From Pseudomonadota bacterium (GTDB lineage Bacteria; Pseudomonadota; Gammaproteobacteria; Burkholderiales; Sulfuriferulaceae), in contig JAJYMO010000031.1 of NCBI GenBank assembly GCA_021786845.1, positions 7,881-71,880 of the forward strand: DNA of 64,000 bases, in the 5' to 3' direction. The notes beneath the pieces are model-generated. The model saw only the letters and a program-made list of their open reading frames with translations. It did no database searches and had not been told where the DNA came from. This document shows, piece after piece, positions 50,200-59,835 of this stretch; position 1 is the first letter of the stretch; every line of letters starts with the position of its first letter. Both the position numbers and the translations under genes were made by a program.

Positions 50200-50961
50200 G
50201 TGTTCCATAAACTGCGAGAAGACATAGCTGTGGTGTTTGACCGGGATCCTGCGGCACGTTCGGTGTTTGAGGTGCTCACGACCTATCCCGGCATTCATGC
50301 TTTGATTTTGCATCGATGGGCGGCGTGTATGTGGCATTTTGGCTGGAAATGGATGGCGCGATTTACCGCTTACTTTGCTCGTTGGGCGACAGGGATAGAG
50401 ATTCATCCGGGTGCCCAGATTGGACGACGGGTGTTTATTGATCATGGCATGGGCGTGGTCATTGGTGAAACGGCAGTGATTGGCGATGACTGCACCCTCT
50501 ATCACCAGGTTACTCTGGGCGGAACCTCGTGGCGTGAGGGCAAACGCCACCCTACTTTAGGATGTGGCGTGGTCGTGGGCGCAGGCGCTAAAATTCTTGG
50601 CCCCATTATGATTGGTGATGGCGCGAAGATCGGATCGAATGCCGTGGTTGTCAAGGATGTGCCAGGCGGCGCAACAGCGGTAGGCATCCCTGCGCGAATT
50701 ATTAACCCGCAAGCTGACGTCAAGCCTGTACCAAGACCTGCCGAATTGAAACAGATTGATTTTACAGCCTACGCAATCAGTGCTGACATGAATGACCCCA
50801 TGGTGAAAGCCATGCATGGCTTGATCAATCACGTGGCAAAGTTGGACGAGCGGCTGGCCTGGGCACAAAACCAGATTCAGCAAATGGAAAATCGTGCGCC
50901 TGAATCAGCACCGAAGCCAGATGATTTCGATCCCGATTATCTGAATAAAATAGTTGACTAA
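50200..50961 (+). CDS. cysE: serine O-acetyltransferase
   Basis: [16 protein letters not shown]-terminal motif; hexapeptide repeats. Confidence 0.9.
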   Translation: MFHKLREDIAVVFDRDPAARSVFEVLTTYPGIHALILHRWAACMWHFGWKWMARFTAYFARWATGIEIHPGAQIGRRVFIDHGMGVVIGETAVIGDDCTLYHQVTLGGTSWREGKRHPTLGCGVVVGAGAKILGPIMIGDGAKIGSNAVVVKDVPGGATAVGIPARIINPQADVKPVPRPAELKQIDFTAYAISADMNDPMVKAMHGLINHVAKLDERLAWAQNQIQQMENRAPESAPKPDDFDPDYLNKIVD

Positions 50962-50974
50962 AATATTTGGGTAT
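50950..50974 (+). promoter_or_regulatory. candidate type-1 IscR binding site in the iscR promoter region
   Basis: atagttgactaaaatatttgggtat resembles the E. coli iscR operator ATAGTTGACCAATTTACTCGGGAAT (recalled from memory); lies 43 nt upstream of the iscR ATG. Confidence 0.5.
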
Positions 50975-51016
50975 TATATGCTTCATGGCATATTGTTATC
51001 GGTGTGGAGGTGTCTT

Positions 51017-51499
51017 ATGCGTTTGACAACCAAAGGTCGCTTTGCCGTCACGGCATTAATTGATTTGGCCTTGCACCATCAACAAGGGCCGGTGACACTG
51101 GCAGCCATCAGTGAGCGGCAAAAAATTTCTTTGTCCTATCTGGAACAGTTGTTTGGCAAGTTGCGTCGTCGCAAGTTGGTCGAAAGTGTGCGTGGACCAG
51201 GCGGTGGTTATTTGATAGAAACCCCATTTGAAAATATCACAGTGGGACAAATTATCCGCGCGGTGGATGAGCCTATGGATGCCACGCAATGCGGCGGGAA
51301 ACAAGACTGTCAAGGTGAAGAACGCCCCTGTATGACGCATGAGTTGTGGAGTAACTTGAACACACATATTCGTGATTATTTGGAAACGGTGACTTTGGCC
51401 AGCCTGGTGAATGCCCAACTCGCAAAGAAAGATCGTTGTGCGAAAATGAGCCTGGAACCTCAGGTAGCGAAAGTGACCAGAATGGCTGAAACCGTATAA
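51017..51499 (+). CDS. iscR: Fe-S cluster assembly transcriptional regulator IscR (Rrf2 family)
   Basis: [18 protein letters not shown]; cluster-ligand cysteines C-x5-C-x5-C region; RBS ggagg. Confidence 0.9.
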   Translation: MRLTTKGRFAVTALIDLALHHQQGPVTLAAISERQKISLSYLEQLFGKLRRRKLVESVRGPGGGYLIETPFENITVGQIIRAVDEPMDATQCGGKQDCQGEERPCMTHELWSNLNTHIRDYLETVTLASLVNAQLAKKDRCAKMSLEPQVAKVTRMAETV

Positions 51500-51530
51500 G
51501 GCTTTGTGCCTTAAATTGGAGTTGAAAGAA

Positions 51531-52739
51531 ATGAATTTACCCATCTATCTGGACTATGCAGCTACCACGCCGGTGGATCCGCGTGTGGCAGCAAAAATGA
51601 TTCCCTGGCTGACCGAGCAATTCGGCAATCCCGCCAGTCGTTCACATTCTTTTGGTTGGGCCGCTGAAGAAGCGGTGGAGCACGCACGCGAACAAGTCGC
51701 ACAATTGGTGAATGCTGATTCAAAAGAAATTGTTTGGACTTCCGGTGCGACAGAAGCCATCAATCTGGCTTTAAAGGGTGCGGCACATTTTTACAAAGAC
51801 AAGGGCAAGCATCTTGTTTCCGTGATGACTGAACACAAAGCCACCCTGGACACGTTGCGAGATTTGGAGCGTGAAGGTTTTGAAGTCACTTACCTGGCAC
51901 CGTTGGCCAATGGATTGCTGGACATAGACTTGTTCCGTGCGGCGATACGCCCCGATACAATTGTTGCTTCTGTGATGTTCGTGAACAATGAAATCGGTGT
52001 GATTCAGGATGTGGCTGCACTGGGCGAAATTTGCCGTGAACGCGGTGTCATTTTTCATGTGGATGCTGCGCAAGCGACGGGGAAAGTGGATATTGATCTC
52101 AAGAAGCTGAAAGTGGATTTGATGTCGTTCTCAGCCCACAAGACCTACGGTCCAAAAGGGATTGGTGCATTGTATGTGCGCCGCAAACCGCGTGTCCGCC
52201 TGGAAGCGCAAATGCATGGCGGAGGACATGAGCGGGGAATGCGCTCAGGCACACTGGCCACCCATCAGATTGTGGGCATGGGTGAAGCGTTTCATATTGC
52301 GCGTGAAGAGATGGCCATTGAAAATGTGCGCATTCGTCGTTTGCGCGATCGCTTGCTGGCAGGCCTGTCTGATATCGAGGCAGTGCACGTCAATGGCGAC
52401 ATGGTGCAACGCGTTGCGAACAATTTGAACATTAGCTTTAACTATGTAGAGGGCGAATCCTTGTTGATGGCCATCAAAGATTTGGCCGTTTCATCGGGTT
52501 CAGCGTGTACTTCAGCCAGTCTGGAGCCTTCCTATGTACTGAAAGCGCTCGGTCTGCCCGATGAATTGGCACACAGTTCCATTCGTTTCTCGATCGGTCG
52601 TTTTACGACTGAAGCAGAGGTGGATTATACCATTGCGCTGCTGCATGAAAAAATTCAAAAGTTGCGTGATTTGTCACCCCTTTGGGATATGTACAAAGAG
52701 GGCGTTGATTTGAATACGGTCAAATGGGCAGCACATTAA
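51531..52739 (+). CDS. iscS: cysteine desulfurase IscS
   Basis: [15 protein letters not shown]; [12 protein letters not shown] (PLP lysine); SSGSACTS active-site loop. Confidence 0.95.
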   Translation: MNLPIYLDYAATTPVDPRVAAKMIPWLTEQFGNPASRSHSFGWAAEEAVEHAREQVAQLVNADSKEIVWTSGATEAINLALKGAAHFYKDKGKHLVSVMTEHKATLDTLRDLEREGFEVTYLAPLANGLLDIDLFRAAIRPDTIVASVMFVNNEIGVIQDVAALGEICRERGVIFHVDAAQATGKVDIDLKKLKVDLMSFSAHKTYGPKGIGALYVRRKPRVRLEAQMHGGGHERGMRSGTLATHQIVGMGEAFHIAREEMAIENVRIRRLRDRLLAGLSDIEAVHVNGDMVQRVANNLNISFNYVEGESLLMAIKDLAVSSGSACTSASLEPSYVLKALGLPDELAHSSIRFSIGRFTTEAEVDYTIALLHEKIQKLRDLSPLWDMYKEGVDLNTVKWAAH

Positions 52740-52754
52740 TTTAGGAGAGCTATC

Positions 52755-53159
52755 ATGGCATACAGTGAAAAAGTACTTGATCATTATGAAAATCCACGAA
52801 ATGTGGGCAGCTTTGCAGCTGAGGATGAAGGCGTTGGCACGGGCATGGTGGGCGCACCTGCCTGCGGGGATGTGATGAAACTGCAAATCCGTGTCAATGA
52901 TGCGGGTATCATTGAAGACGCCAAATTCAAGACATATGGCTGCGGTTCAGCCATCGCGTCCAGTTCCCTCGTTACCGAGTGGGTCAAGGGAAAATCCCTC
53001 GATCAAGCGTTGGACATCAAAAACACCGCCATTGCTGAGGAGTTGGCTTTGCCGCCCGTAAAAATCCATTGTTCGATTTTGGCTGAGGATGCGATTAAGG
53101 CCGCGGTAGAAGATTACCGCAACAAACATGCACAAGTCGTGGCTGAAATACAGGGGTAA
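52755..53159 (+). CDS. iscU: Fe-S cluster scaffold IscU
   Basis: [31 protein letters not shown]. Confidence 0.95.
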   Translation: MAYSEKVLDHYENPRNVGSFAAEDEGVGTGMVGAPACGDVMKLQIRVNDAGIIEDAKFKTYGCGSAIASSSLVTEWVKGKSLDQALDIKNTAIAEELALPPVKIHCSILAEDAIKAAVEDYRNKHAQVVAEIQG

Positions 53160-53161
53160 AT

Positions 53162-53488
53162 ATGATGTCCATCACACTCACGGAATCAGCAGCGCAACGT
53201 GTCGCCGATTTTATTGCAAAGCGGGGTAAGGGTGTAGGTCTGCGTTTAGGGGTGCGCACCAGCGGTTGTTCAGGCATGGCGTATAAGCTGGAATTTGCGG
53301 ATCATATTGAAGCTGACGATCTGGTTTTTACAGACCATGGCGTCAGCGTTTTGGTGGACCCAAAGAGTTTGCCTTATATTGATGGTATGGAGCTGGATTT
53401 TACGCGTGAAGGTCTTAACGAAGGGTTTAAATTCAACAACCCGAATGTGAAGGATGCGTGTGGGTGTGGCGAAAGCTTTAATGTTTAA
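53162..53488 (+). CDS. iscA: iron-sulfur cluster insertion protein IscA
   Basis: GCSG...CGCGESF motif. Confidence 0.9.
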   Translation: MMSITLTESAAQRVADFIAKRGKGVGLRLGVRTSGCSGMAYKLEFADHIEADDLVFTDHGVSVLVDPKSLPYIDGMELDFTREGLNEGFKFNNPNVKDACGCGESFNV

Positions 53489-53512
53489 GGGTTATTTGTT
53501 AAACGAGCCCTA

Positions 53513-54058
53513 ATGGTTAGCCCAATGCTACCCGATTTTAAATCCACGCATTTTGAACTGTTTGGTCTGCCAGAGCGCTTTGAACTGGATGGGGCGCAGC
53601 TGGATGCGGCTTATCGGCATTTACAGGTGCAAGTCCATCCAGACAAGTTTGCCCATTTGCCTGAATCAGAGCAACGGGTGTCGATGCAATGGTCAACTCG
53701 TGTCAATGAGGCCTATCAAGCACTTAAAACGCCACTTAATCGGGCGATTTATTTGTTGACGCTGCACGGAATAAACGCATTGGCCCCCGAGAACACCCAG
53801 CTTTCGATGACGTTTCTGATGCAGCAAATTGAATGGCGGGAAGGCATACAATCAGCGCAGAACGCAGGTGATTTACCCGCCTTGCAAACGATTGAGCGCG
53901 AATTGAATCAAGCTGAAAAGATGACTGTAGCACGGTTGGCTGAAGAAATGGATGGGGGCAAGCAGTGGTCTGTTGCCGCCCAAACGGTACGCCAACTTAA
54001 ATTTATCAATAAAATTCACGAAGAAATCGACGACAGCTACGCCGCATTGGATATGTAA
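53513..54058 (+). CDS. hscB: co-chaperone HscB
   Basis: J domain with VHPDKF; operon position between iscA and hscA. Confidence 0.9.
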   Translation: MVSPMLPDFKSTHFELFGLPERFELDGAQLDAAYRHLQVQVHPDKFAHLPESEQRVSMQWSTRVNEAYQALKTPLNRAIYLLTLHGINALAPENTQLSMTFLMQQIEWREGIQSAQNAGDLPALQTIERELNQAEKMTVARLAEEMDGGKQWSVAAQTVRQLKFINKIHEEIDDSYAALDM

Positions 54059-54061
54059 ATC

Positions 54062-55942
54062 ATGGCATTATTGCAAATTTCCGAACCTGGCTTAAGTACT
54101 GCGCCACATCAACACAGGCTGGCCGTGGGCATTGATTTGGGGACCACAAACTCGTTAGTGGCCAGTGTGCGTAATGGCGTGGCGATGGTGCTGAATGACC
54201 CGGATGGGCGTGCTCTTCTCCCTTCGGTGGTGCGTTATCAGACCAACATCGCGCCAGTGGTGGGGCATGCTGCACAACATATGCAGTCACGCGATCCCTT
54301 TAACACGATTGTTTCAGCCAAACGTTTCATGGGTCGAGCGCTGGCTGACATCCCCGACGCGGCGAGTTATCCCTACCATTTTGTCGACGCACCCAGTATG
54401 GTGCAATGGCGCACCGTGGCCGGTATGAAAAATGCAGTTGAAGTGTCGGCTGAAATTTTGTCCGTGTTGCGTATACGCGCTGAGCACACTTTAGGGGGCG
54501 CATTGATGGGGGCGGTGATTACTGTACCCGCTTACTTTGATGATGCGCAGCGCCAAGCCACCAAGGACGCCGCTCAACTTGCCGGTATCAACGTATTGCG
54601 TTTGCTCAATGAGCCGACTGCGGCAGCGATTGCTTATGGTTTGGACAATGCTGCCGAAGGGGTCTATGCGGTGTATGACTTGGGTGGCGGTACATTTGAT
54701 CTTTCCATTTTGCGTTTGTCACAGGGTGTGTTTGAGGTGCTGTCTACCAATGGGGATTCTGCGCTAGGTGGCGATGATTTTGATCAGCGTTTATTTTGCT
54801 GGATACTCGAACAGGCACATTTTCCTGATTTGACGCCTGAAGACAACCGTTTGCTGTTGACCCACGCCCGTGTGGCGAAGGAGGCACTGACAGAGCGTCC
54901 GGAAGTGTCGATTACCGCCGTGTTGGCTTCAGGGTTGACCATTGATATGGTGCTGACGGCGGAAAAATTTAATGAGTTGACTGCGGCATTGGTGAATAAA
55001 ACTTTGCAGCCGGTGCGTAAAGCTTTGCGTGATGCACGACTCAATGTTGAAGATATCCGTGGTGTGGTGATGGTGGGTGGGGCAACACGGATGCCGTGTA
55101 TCCAGGCGGCAGTCGCTGCTTTGTTTGGACAAACGCCTTTGACTAACCTTGATCCCGACAAAGTCGTGGCTTTAGGCGCTGCCATGCAAGCCAATGTGCT
55201 GGCGGGTAATCGTCAGGATGAGGAAGATTGGCTGTTACTGGATGTTACGCCATTGTCCCTGGGCATAGAAACCATGGGTGGTTTGGTGGAAAAAATTATT
55301 CCACGAAATACCACGCTGCCCGTTGCTCGCGCACAGGAATTTACTACCCACAAAGACGGGCAAACTGCCATGAGCATCCATGTGCTGCAAGGCGAGCGCG
55401 AGTTGGTGACGGATTGCCGTTCGCTGGCGCGTTTCGAGTTGCGGGGCATCCCTCCCATGGTGGCGGGCGCGGCGCGAATTCGTGTGAGCTTGCAAGTGGA
55501 TGCGGATGGATTGTTGTCCGTGGCAGCACAGGAAATGCAAAGCGGCGTGCAGGCTGCGGTGACCGTCAAGCCGACTTATGGTTTGGGTGAAGAAGATATC
55601 GCGAAAATGTTGCAGGCGGGCAACACTTTTGCGCGCGAAGACATGGGAGCGAGGGCATTGCAGGAAGTGCGCGTAGATGCCGAGCGACTGATTGATGCGA
55701 CGCAAACCGCCCTGGAAGAAGATGGCACCAGGTTATTAAGTAGCGATGACTATGCAAACATTCTGGCTGCGGTACAAATTTTGAGTGAAGTGTTGTTGAG
55801 TACGGATCATTTGGCGATTAAGGCGGCAACAGAAAAGCTGAATCAAGCCACCACCGAATTTGCTGCCCGCCGTATGGATACCCATGTGCGTCAAGCCCTG
55901 GCAGGGCAGAATTTAGATGAAATTTCCAGTAAATTCGGGTAA
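54062..55942 (+). CDS. hscA: Fe-S protein assembly chaperone HscA (Hsp70 family)
   Basis: [28 protein letters not shown]. Confidence 0.95.
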   Translation: MALLQISEPGLSTAPHQHRLAVGIDLGTTNSLVASVRNGVAMVLNDPDGRALLPSVVRYQTNIAPVVGHAAQHMQSRDPFNTIVSAKRFMGRALADIPDAASYPYHFVDAPSMVQWRTVAGMKNAVEVSAEILSVLRIRAEHTLGGALMGAVITVPAYFDDAQRQATKDAAQLAGINVLRLLNEPTAAAIAYGLDNAAEGVYAVYDLGGGTFDLSILRLSQGVFEVLSTNGDSALGGDDFDQRLFCWILEQAHFPDLTPEDNRLLLTHARVAKEALTERPEVSITAVLASGLTIDMVLTAEKFNELTAALVNKTLQPVRKALRDARLNVEDIRGVVMVGGATRMPCIQAAVAALFGQTPLTNLDPDKVVALGAAMQANVLAGNRQDEEDWLLLDVTPLSLGIETMGGLVEKIIPRNTTLPVARAQEFTTHKDGQTAMSIHVLQGERELVTDCRSLARFELRGIPPMVAGAARIRVSLQVDADGLLSVAAQEMQSGVQAAVTVKPTYGLGEEDIAKMLQAGNTFAREDMGARALQEVRVDAERLIDATQTALEEDGTRLLSSDDYANILAAVQILSEVLLSTDHLAIKAATEKLNQATTEFAARRMDTHVRQALAGQNLDEISSKFG

Positions 55943-55956
55943 GTACGGAGAAACTT

Positions 55957-56295
55957 ATGACACAACTGATCGTTTTACCCCATGCCCTGCTCTGCCCGGA
56001 AGGCGCCGTGCTCGACGCGCCCGAGGGCGAAAGTATTTGCGACGTTTTATTGGACAATGGTATTGCCATTGAACATGCCTGTGAAAAATCTTGCGCATGC
56101 ACCACTTGCCATGTGATCGTCCGGGAAGGGTTCGATTCACTGGTGCCCTCGGATGAACTTGAAGACGATATGCTCGACAAAGCCTGGGGGCTCGCACCTC
56201 ATTCCCGTTTGTCTTGCCAAGCCATTGTCAGCACACAGAATTTGGTGATTGAAATTCCAAAATACAGCGTCAACATGGTCAAGGAAGGGCACTAA
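55957..56295 (+). CDS. fdx: ISC-system [2Fe-2S] ferredoxin
   Basis: C-x5-C-x2-C...C (CEKSCACTTCH...SRLSCQ). Confidence 0.9.
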   Translation: MTQLIVLPHALLCPEGAVLDAPEGESICDVLLDNGIAIEHACEKSCACTTCHVIVREGFDSLVPSDELEDDMLDKAWGLAPHSRLSCQAIVSTQNLVIEIPKYSVNMVKEGH

Positions 56296-56296
56296 A

Positions 56297-56491
56297 ATGA
56301 AATGGACAGATACCCAGAGCATTGCCATTGCGCTGCTTGAAATGCATCCCGACATTGATCCGCGCTATGTGCGCTTTACAGACCTGCACGCTTGGGTGGT
56401 CGCACTACCCAATTTTGCCGACGTGCCAGAGCGTTCAAATGAAAAAATTCTTGAAGCGATTCAGATGACGTGGATAGACGAAGCAGATTAA
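56297..56491 (+). CDS. iscX: Fe-S assembly protein IscX
   Basis: MKWTDTQSIAIAL...DPRYVRFTDLHAWV; 64 aa; last gene of the isc operon. Confidence 0.85.
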   Translation: MKWTDTQSIAIALLEMHPDIDPRYVRFTDLHAWVVALPNFADVPERSNEKILEAIQMTWIDEAD

Positions 56492-56654
56492 GATTTGCGG
56501 AGTCAAGTCAGCAGCGTAACTTTTTTGAGTGGAAAGGCGTTGCACCCAAGCGCGATGAATCGCTGTACTTTGAACTTGAATCTGCCATTCATTCAATTGT
56601 CATGCTGAGAAATCAGATAGGAATAGTTTGAGATGTTTCCAAAAGCCATGAGTT

Positions 56655-57500
56655 ATGCTTGACCAATACGCGCTTGCTCAGGCCATTCAACGTAATGTCA
56701 GTGATGCCCTGCAGGAAGATGTGGGCAATGGTGACCTCACCGCACAATTGATCCCTGCATCTGCCCAGGCGCATGCGCGTGTCATCAGTCGCGAAGCCGC
56801 AGTATTGTGCGGGAAAGCCTGGTTTGACACCTGCTTTCGCCGACTGGATGAGCAAATTGAAATGATTTGGCATGCGCAAGATGGCGATACCCTTGCTGCA
56901 GATCAGGTGTTTTGTGAGATGCATGGCAATGCTCGCGCAATCCTCACTGCGGAACGTGCCGGATTGAATTTTCTGCAAACATTGTCCGCGACAGCCACAC
57001 AGACCAGACAATATGTCACTGCCCTGGCGGGTGCAACCAGCCTCATTATGGACACACGGAAAACCTTGCCCGGTTTGCGCATGGCGCAAAAGTACGCTGT
57101 GCTGATGGGCGGCGGCAGTAATCAACGTATTGGCTTGTTCGATGGTATTCTTATCAAGGAAAATCATATTGCCGCAGCGGGAAGCATCTCTGCGGTGCTG
57201 GCTGCAACGCGGAATGCTACGGTGCCGGTGCAAATAGAAGTTGAAAATCTGGATGAATTGGCAAGTGCCCTGGATGCGGGGGCGTGCCTTATTTTGCTGG
57301 ACAATTTTGACATTGCCCAGTTGCGTGCGGCGGTTGCGTTGGCGGCAGGCCGAGCTGTGCTGGAAGCTTCAGGTGGTATCGCATTGGCGGACATCCCGCA
57401 GCTTGCGGCGACCGGCGTGCAGCGCATTTCAATTGGGGGCATGACCAAACATATACGTGCCATTGACCTTTCTTTGCGTATTGATGCGCTGGATGCCTGA
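56655..57500 (+). CDS. nadC: nicotinate-nucleotide diphosphorylase (carboxylating)
   Basis: QRPTase pattern (ERAGLNFLQTLS.., DTRKT.PG.R...KYAV..GG..NHR); 281 aa. Confidence 0.9.
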   Translation: MLDQYALAQAIQRNVSDALQEDVGNGDLTAQLIPASAQAHARVISREAAVLCGKAWFDTCFRRLDEQIEMIWHAQDGDTLAADQVFCEMHGNARAILTAERAGLNFLQTLSATATQTRQYVTALAGATSLIMDTRKTLPGLRMAQKYAVLMGGGSNQRIGLFDGILIKENHIAAAGSISAVLAATRNATVPVQIEVENLDELASALDAGACLILLDNFDIAQLRAAVALAAGRAVLEASGGIALADIPQLAATGVQRISIGGMTKHIRAIDLSLRIDALDA

Positions 57501-57603
57501 CTTGAATTTTTATCAATGAATATGTCGACGCAAGTTAAAGTTGCAACTTTTGCCCGGTCATTGCACCGTCCATGCCCTGGCTCCCTGTATCGTTTGACTT
57601 GAT

Positions 57604-58644
57604 GTGCCGATGATCCATTCCACAAAAAAACAGTTAATCGCTTATATACCAGGCTTGATTCCCGCATCGACCATGCTTGCGCCTTTACTGACCGACATGG
57701 CGATGCCCGGCCTGGGTACGTTACTGGCCCGTGCAAAGTTCACGCGCCACACCGGTATCGACAGCCTGCATGGGGCTTTGTATGCCGCGCTGGGCATCGC
57801 CCGCCAAACCGATTGGCCGGTTGCACCCATTACCTTGTTGCGTGATGGACATGCCCCAGAAAAAGCCCATTGGTATCGTGCCGACCCTGTTCATTTACAA
57901 CCGGCACGCGATCAGCTGATGTTGGTCGATCAAGCTGCTTTTGCGCTCGATGCAAGTGAGGCAACACAGCTGGTAGACGCCTTTAACCAGCATTTTCGTG
58001 ATCGTGACTACAGACTGTTGGCACCGCACCCCAAACGCTGGTATCTGCAAACGGCTCATCCTCCCCGGATACGTACACATCCCTTGCGCAGCGCCAGCGG
58101 ACAGGCCATCAATCAATTGCTGCCACAGGGTGAAGATGCTCTGGACTGGCATCGCCTGTACAATGAAATTCAAATGTTGTTTTTTGACCTGCCAGTGAAT
58201 ACCGCTCGCGAATCACGCGGTGAATTGCCGGTGAACAGTCTTTGGTGTTGGGGCGGCGGCATTCTGCCTGTGCAAACGGCCAAAAAAGACAGTTTTCTAT
58301 GGAGTACCGATTCGGATCTGTGTGCTGTGGCAGAATTTTCACATATTCCGTATGCCGCTCCACCCGGGCAGGCCAAGCTGATTCGGCAATCAGGTATGCT
58401 GTTGCTTGATGCGCTGGAAGGTAGCGCGCAATATGGCGATTACACCACCTGGCGCGAAAATTTGCTTCAGCTTGAGCAGCACTGGTTTGTGCCGTGGCTT
58501 ACCCAATTGAAACGGGCTGAATTAGACAGCCTCGAAATATGGAGTGAATACGCCGGGCAGGTTTTAAGCTGGCGCATGACTCGTCGGGATATATTGCGAT
58601 TTTGGCGACGTGCAGGATTAACACAGAGTCTGGCTGTGGGGTGA
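57604..58644 (+). CDS. conserved hypothetical protein (family not confidently recognised)
   Basis: 346-aa ORF with good coding look; motif NSLWCWGGG; no catalytic motif I can name. Confidence 0.45.
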   Translation: MPMIHSTKKQLIAYIPGLIPASTMLAPLLTDMAMPGLGTLLARAKFTRHTGIDSLHGALYAALGIARQTDWPVAPITLLRDGHAPEKAHWYRADPVHLQPARDQLMLVDQAAFALDASEATQLVDAFNQHFRDRDYRLLAPHPKRWYLQTAHPPRIRTHPLRSASGQAINQLLPQGEDALDWHRLYNEIQMLFFDLPVNTARESRGELPVNSLWCWGGGILPVQTAKKDSFLWSTDSDLCAVAEFSHIPYAAPPGQAKLIRQSGMLLLDALEGSAQYGDYTTWRENLLQLEQHWFVPWLTQLKRAELDSLEIWSEYAGQVLSWRMTRRDILRFWRRAGLTQSLAVG

Positions 58645-59835
58645 TGCCTGTTGGAATTGGCGTGGCTTGCCTGTTGCGATGGCTGCCAGCAAACGCTGAC
58701 GTGGGGTGGCCAAATTCAATCGCATGAACCCGCTGCCTGCGTGACCAAATTGAATGCCGGGGCTTAAACCAAGATGGTATGTTTCTACAAACAGGGCTTG
58801 CAGTGCCCTGTCATCCAAACCATAAGCACGACAATCCAGCCATATTAATACCGTGCCTTGCGGTGAAATGGGGCGCACCAGCGGCCAATGCTGGTGTATG
58901 GCATGCAGGATTTGCTCCCGGCTGTCACGCAAATACAGCATCAGTGCGTTGCGCCACGTCGTGCCATGGCGGTAAGCCGCCTCCCAGGCCGTAAGGCTGA
59001 ACGGGTTATGTGTTGTCATGTCCGTCATCACCGACAGCATGCGTGCTCGCGTCTCATCATTCATAATGATTAAGGCAGCTAAACCCAGTCCCGGCTGATT
59101 AAATGTTTTCCCCGGGCTGACCGCCATGATCAGGCGGTCATCTTCGCGTGCCAGTTGCGCAAGCGGTATATGCCGAAATTCGGGATAAATGAGATCGGCA
59201 TGGATTTCATCGCTGAATATCAGTAATTGGTAACGTCGGGCAATCTCAAGGACGGCCTGCAGTTCATCTTGTTGCCAAACACGGCCCACCGGATTGTGTG
59301 GAGAGCACAACACCAATATTTTCGCACCCAGTGCTGCACACTGCTCCAGGTGCGGCAAGTTCATGCGGTAATGCAAGTGACCGTCGATGTTTTCCAAAAC
59401 CAGCGAATTTTCAACCGGAACGCGACCATTGGCATGAATGGCTAACTGGAATGGCGCATAGAGTGGCGTTTGAAGAATAACGCCATCACCGGGTGCGGTG
59501 AATGTTTGCAGTGCCATGCGAAAGGAAGCCAGTACGCCCGGCGCCAATAAAATTTGATCGCGCTGGAGTGACAGGTCAAATTGATCTTGTGTCCAGTTGA
59601 TCAGGCTGTCATACACACCCTGGTGGGCGATGGTATACCCATAAATGGGGTGTTTTGCGCGTGCGATCAGGGCTTCTGTGACCTGTAGCGGTCCGGGGAA
59701 ATCCATGTCGGCTACCCACAAAGGCAACACGTCGTGGTTGCCGAAGCGCGATAAACAGCCATCCCACTTCAAGCTGTGCGTGCCGGTGCGGTCAAGTGGC
59801 TGATCGAAATCGAAGTTCAGGACAGGCGCTCCCAT
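58618..59835 (-). CDS. PLP-dependent C-S lyase of the MalY/PatB family (OvoB-like by context)
   Basis: FDQPLDRTGTHSLKWD N-terminus; PLP-lysine context SPGKTFN; 19-nt overlap with the ovoA 3' end. Confidence 0.75.
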   Translation of the reverse strand: MGAPVLNFDFDQPLDRTGTHSLKWDGCLSRFGNHDVLPLWVADMDFPGPLQVTEALIARAKHPIYGYTIAHQGVYDSLINWTQDQFDLSLQRDQILLAPGVLASFRMALQTFTAPGDGVILQTPLYAPFQLAIHANGRVPVENSLVLENIDGHLHYRMNLPHLEQCAALGAKILVLCSPHNPVGRVWQQDELQAVLEIARRYQLLIFSDEIHADLIYPEFRHIPLAQLAREDDRLIMAVSPGKTFNQPGLGLAALIIMNDETRARMLSVMTDMTTHNPFSLTAWEAAYRHGTTWRNALMLYLRDSREQILHAIHQHWPLVRPISPQGTVLIWLDCRAYGLDDRALQALFVETYHLGLSPGIQFGHAGSGFMRLNLATPRQRLLAAIATGKPRQFQQASPHSQTLC

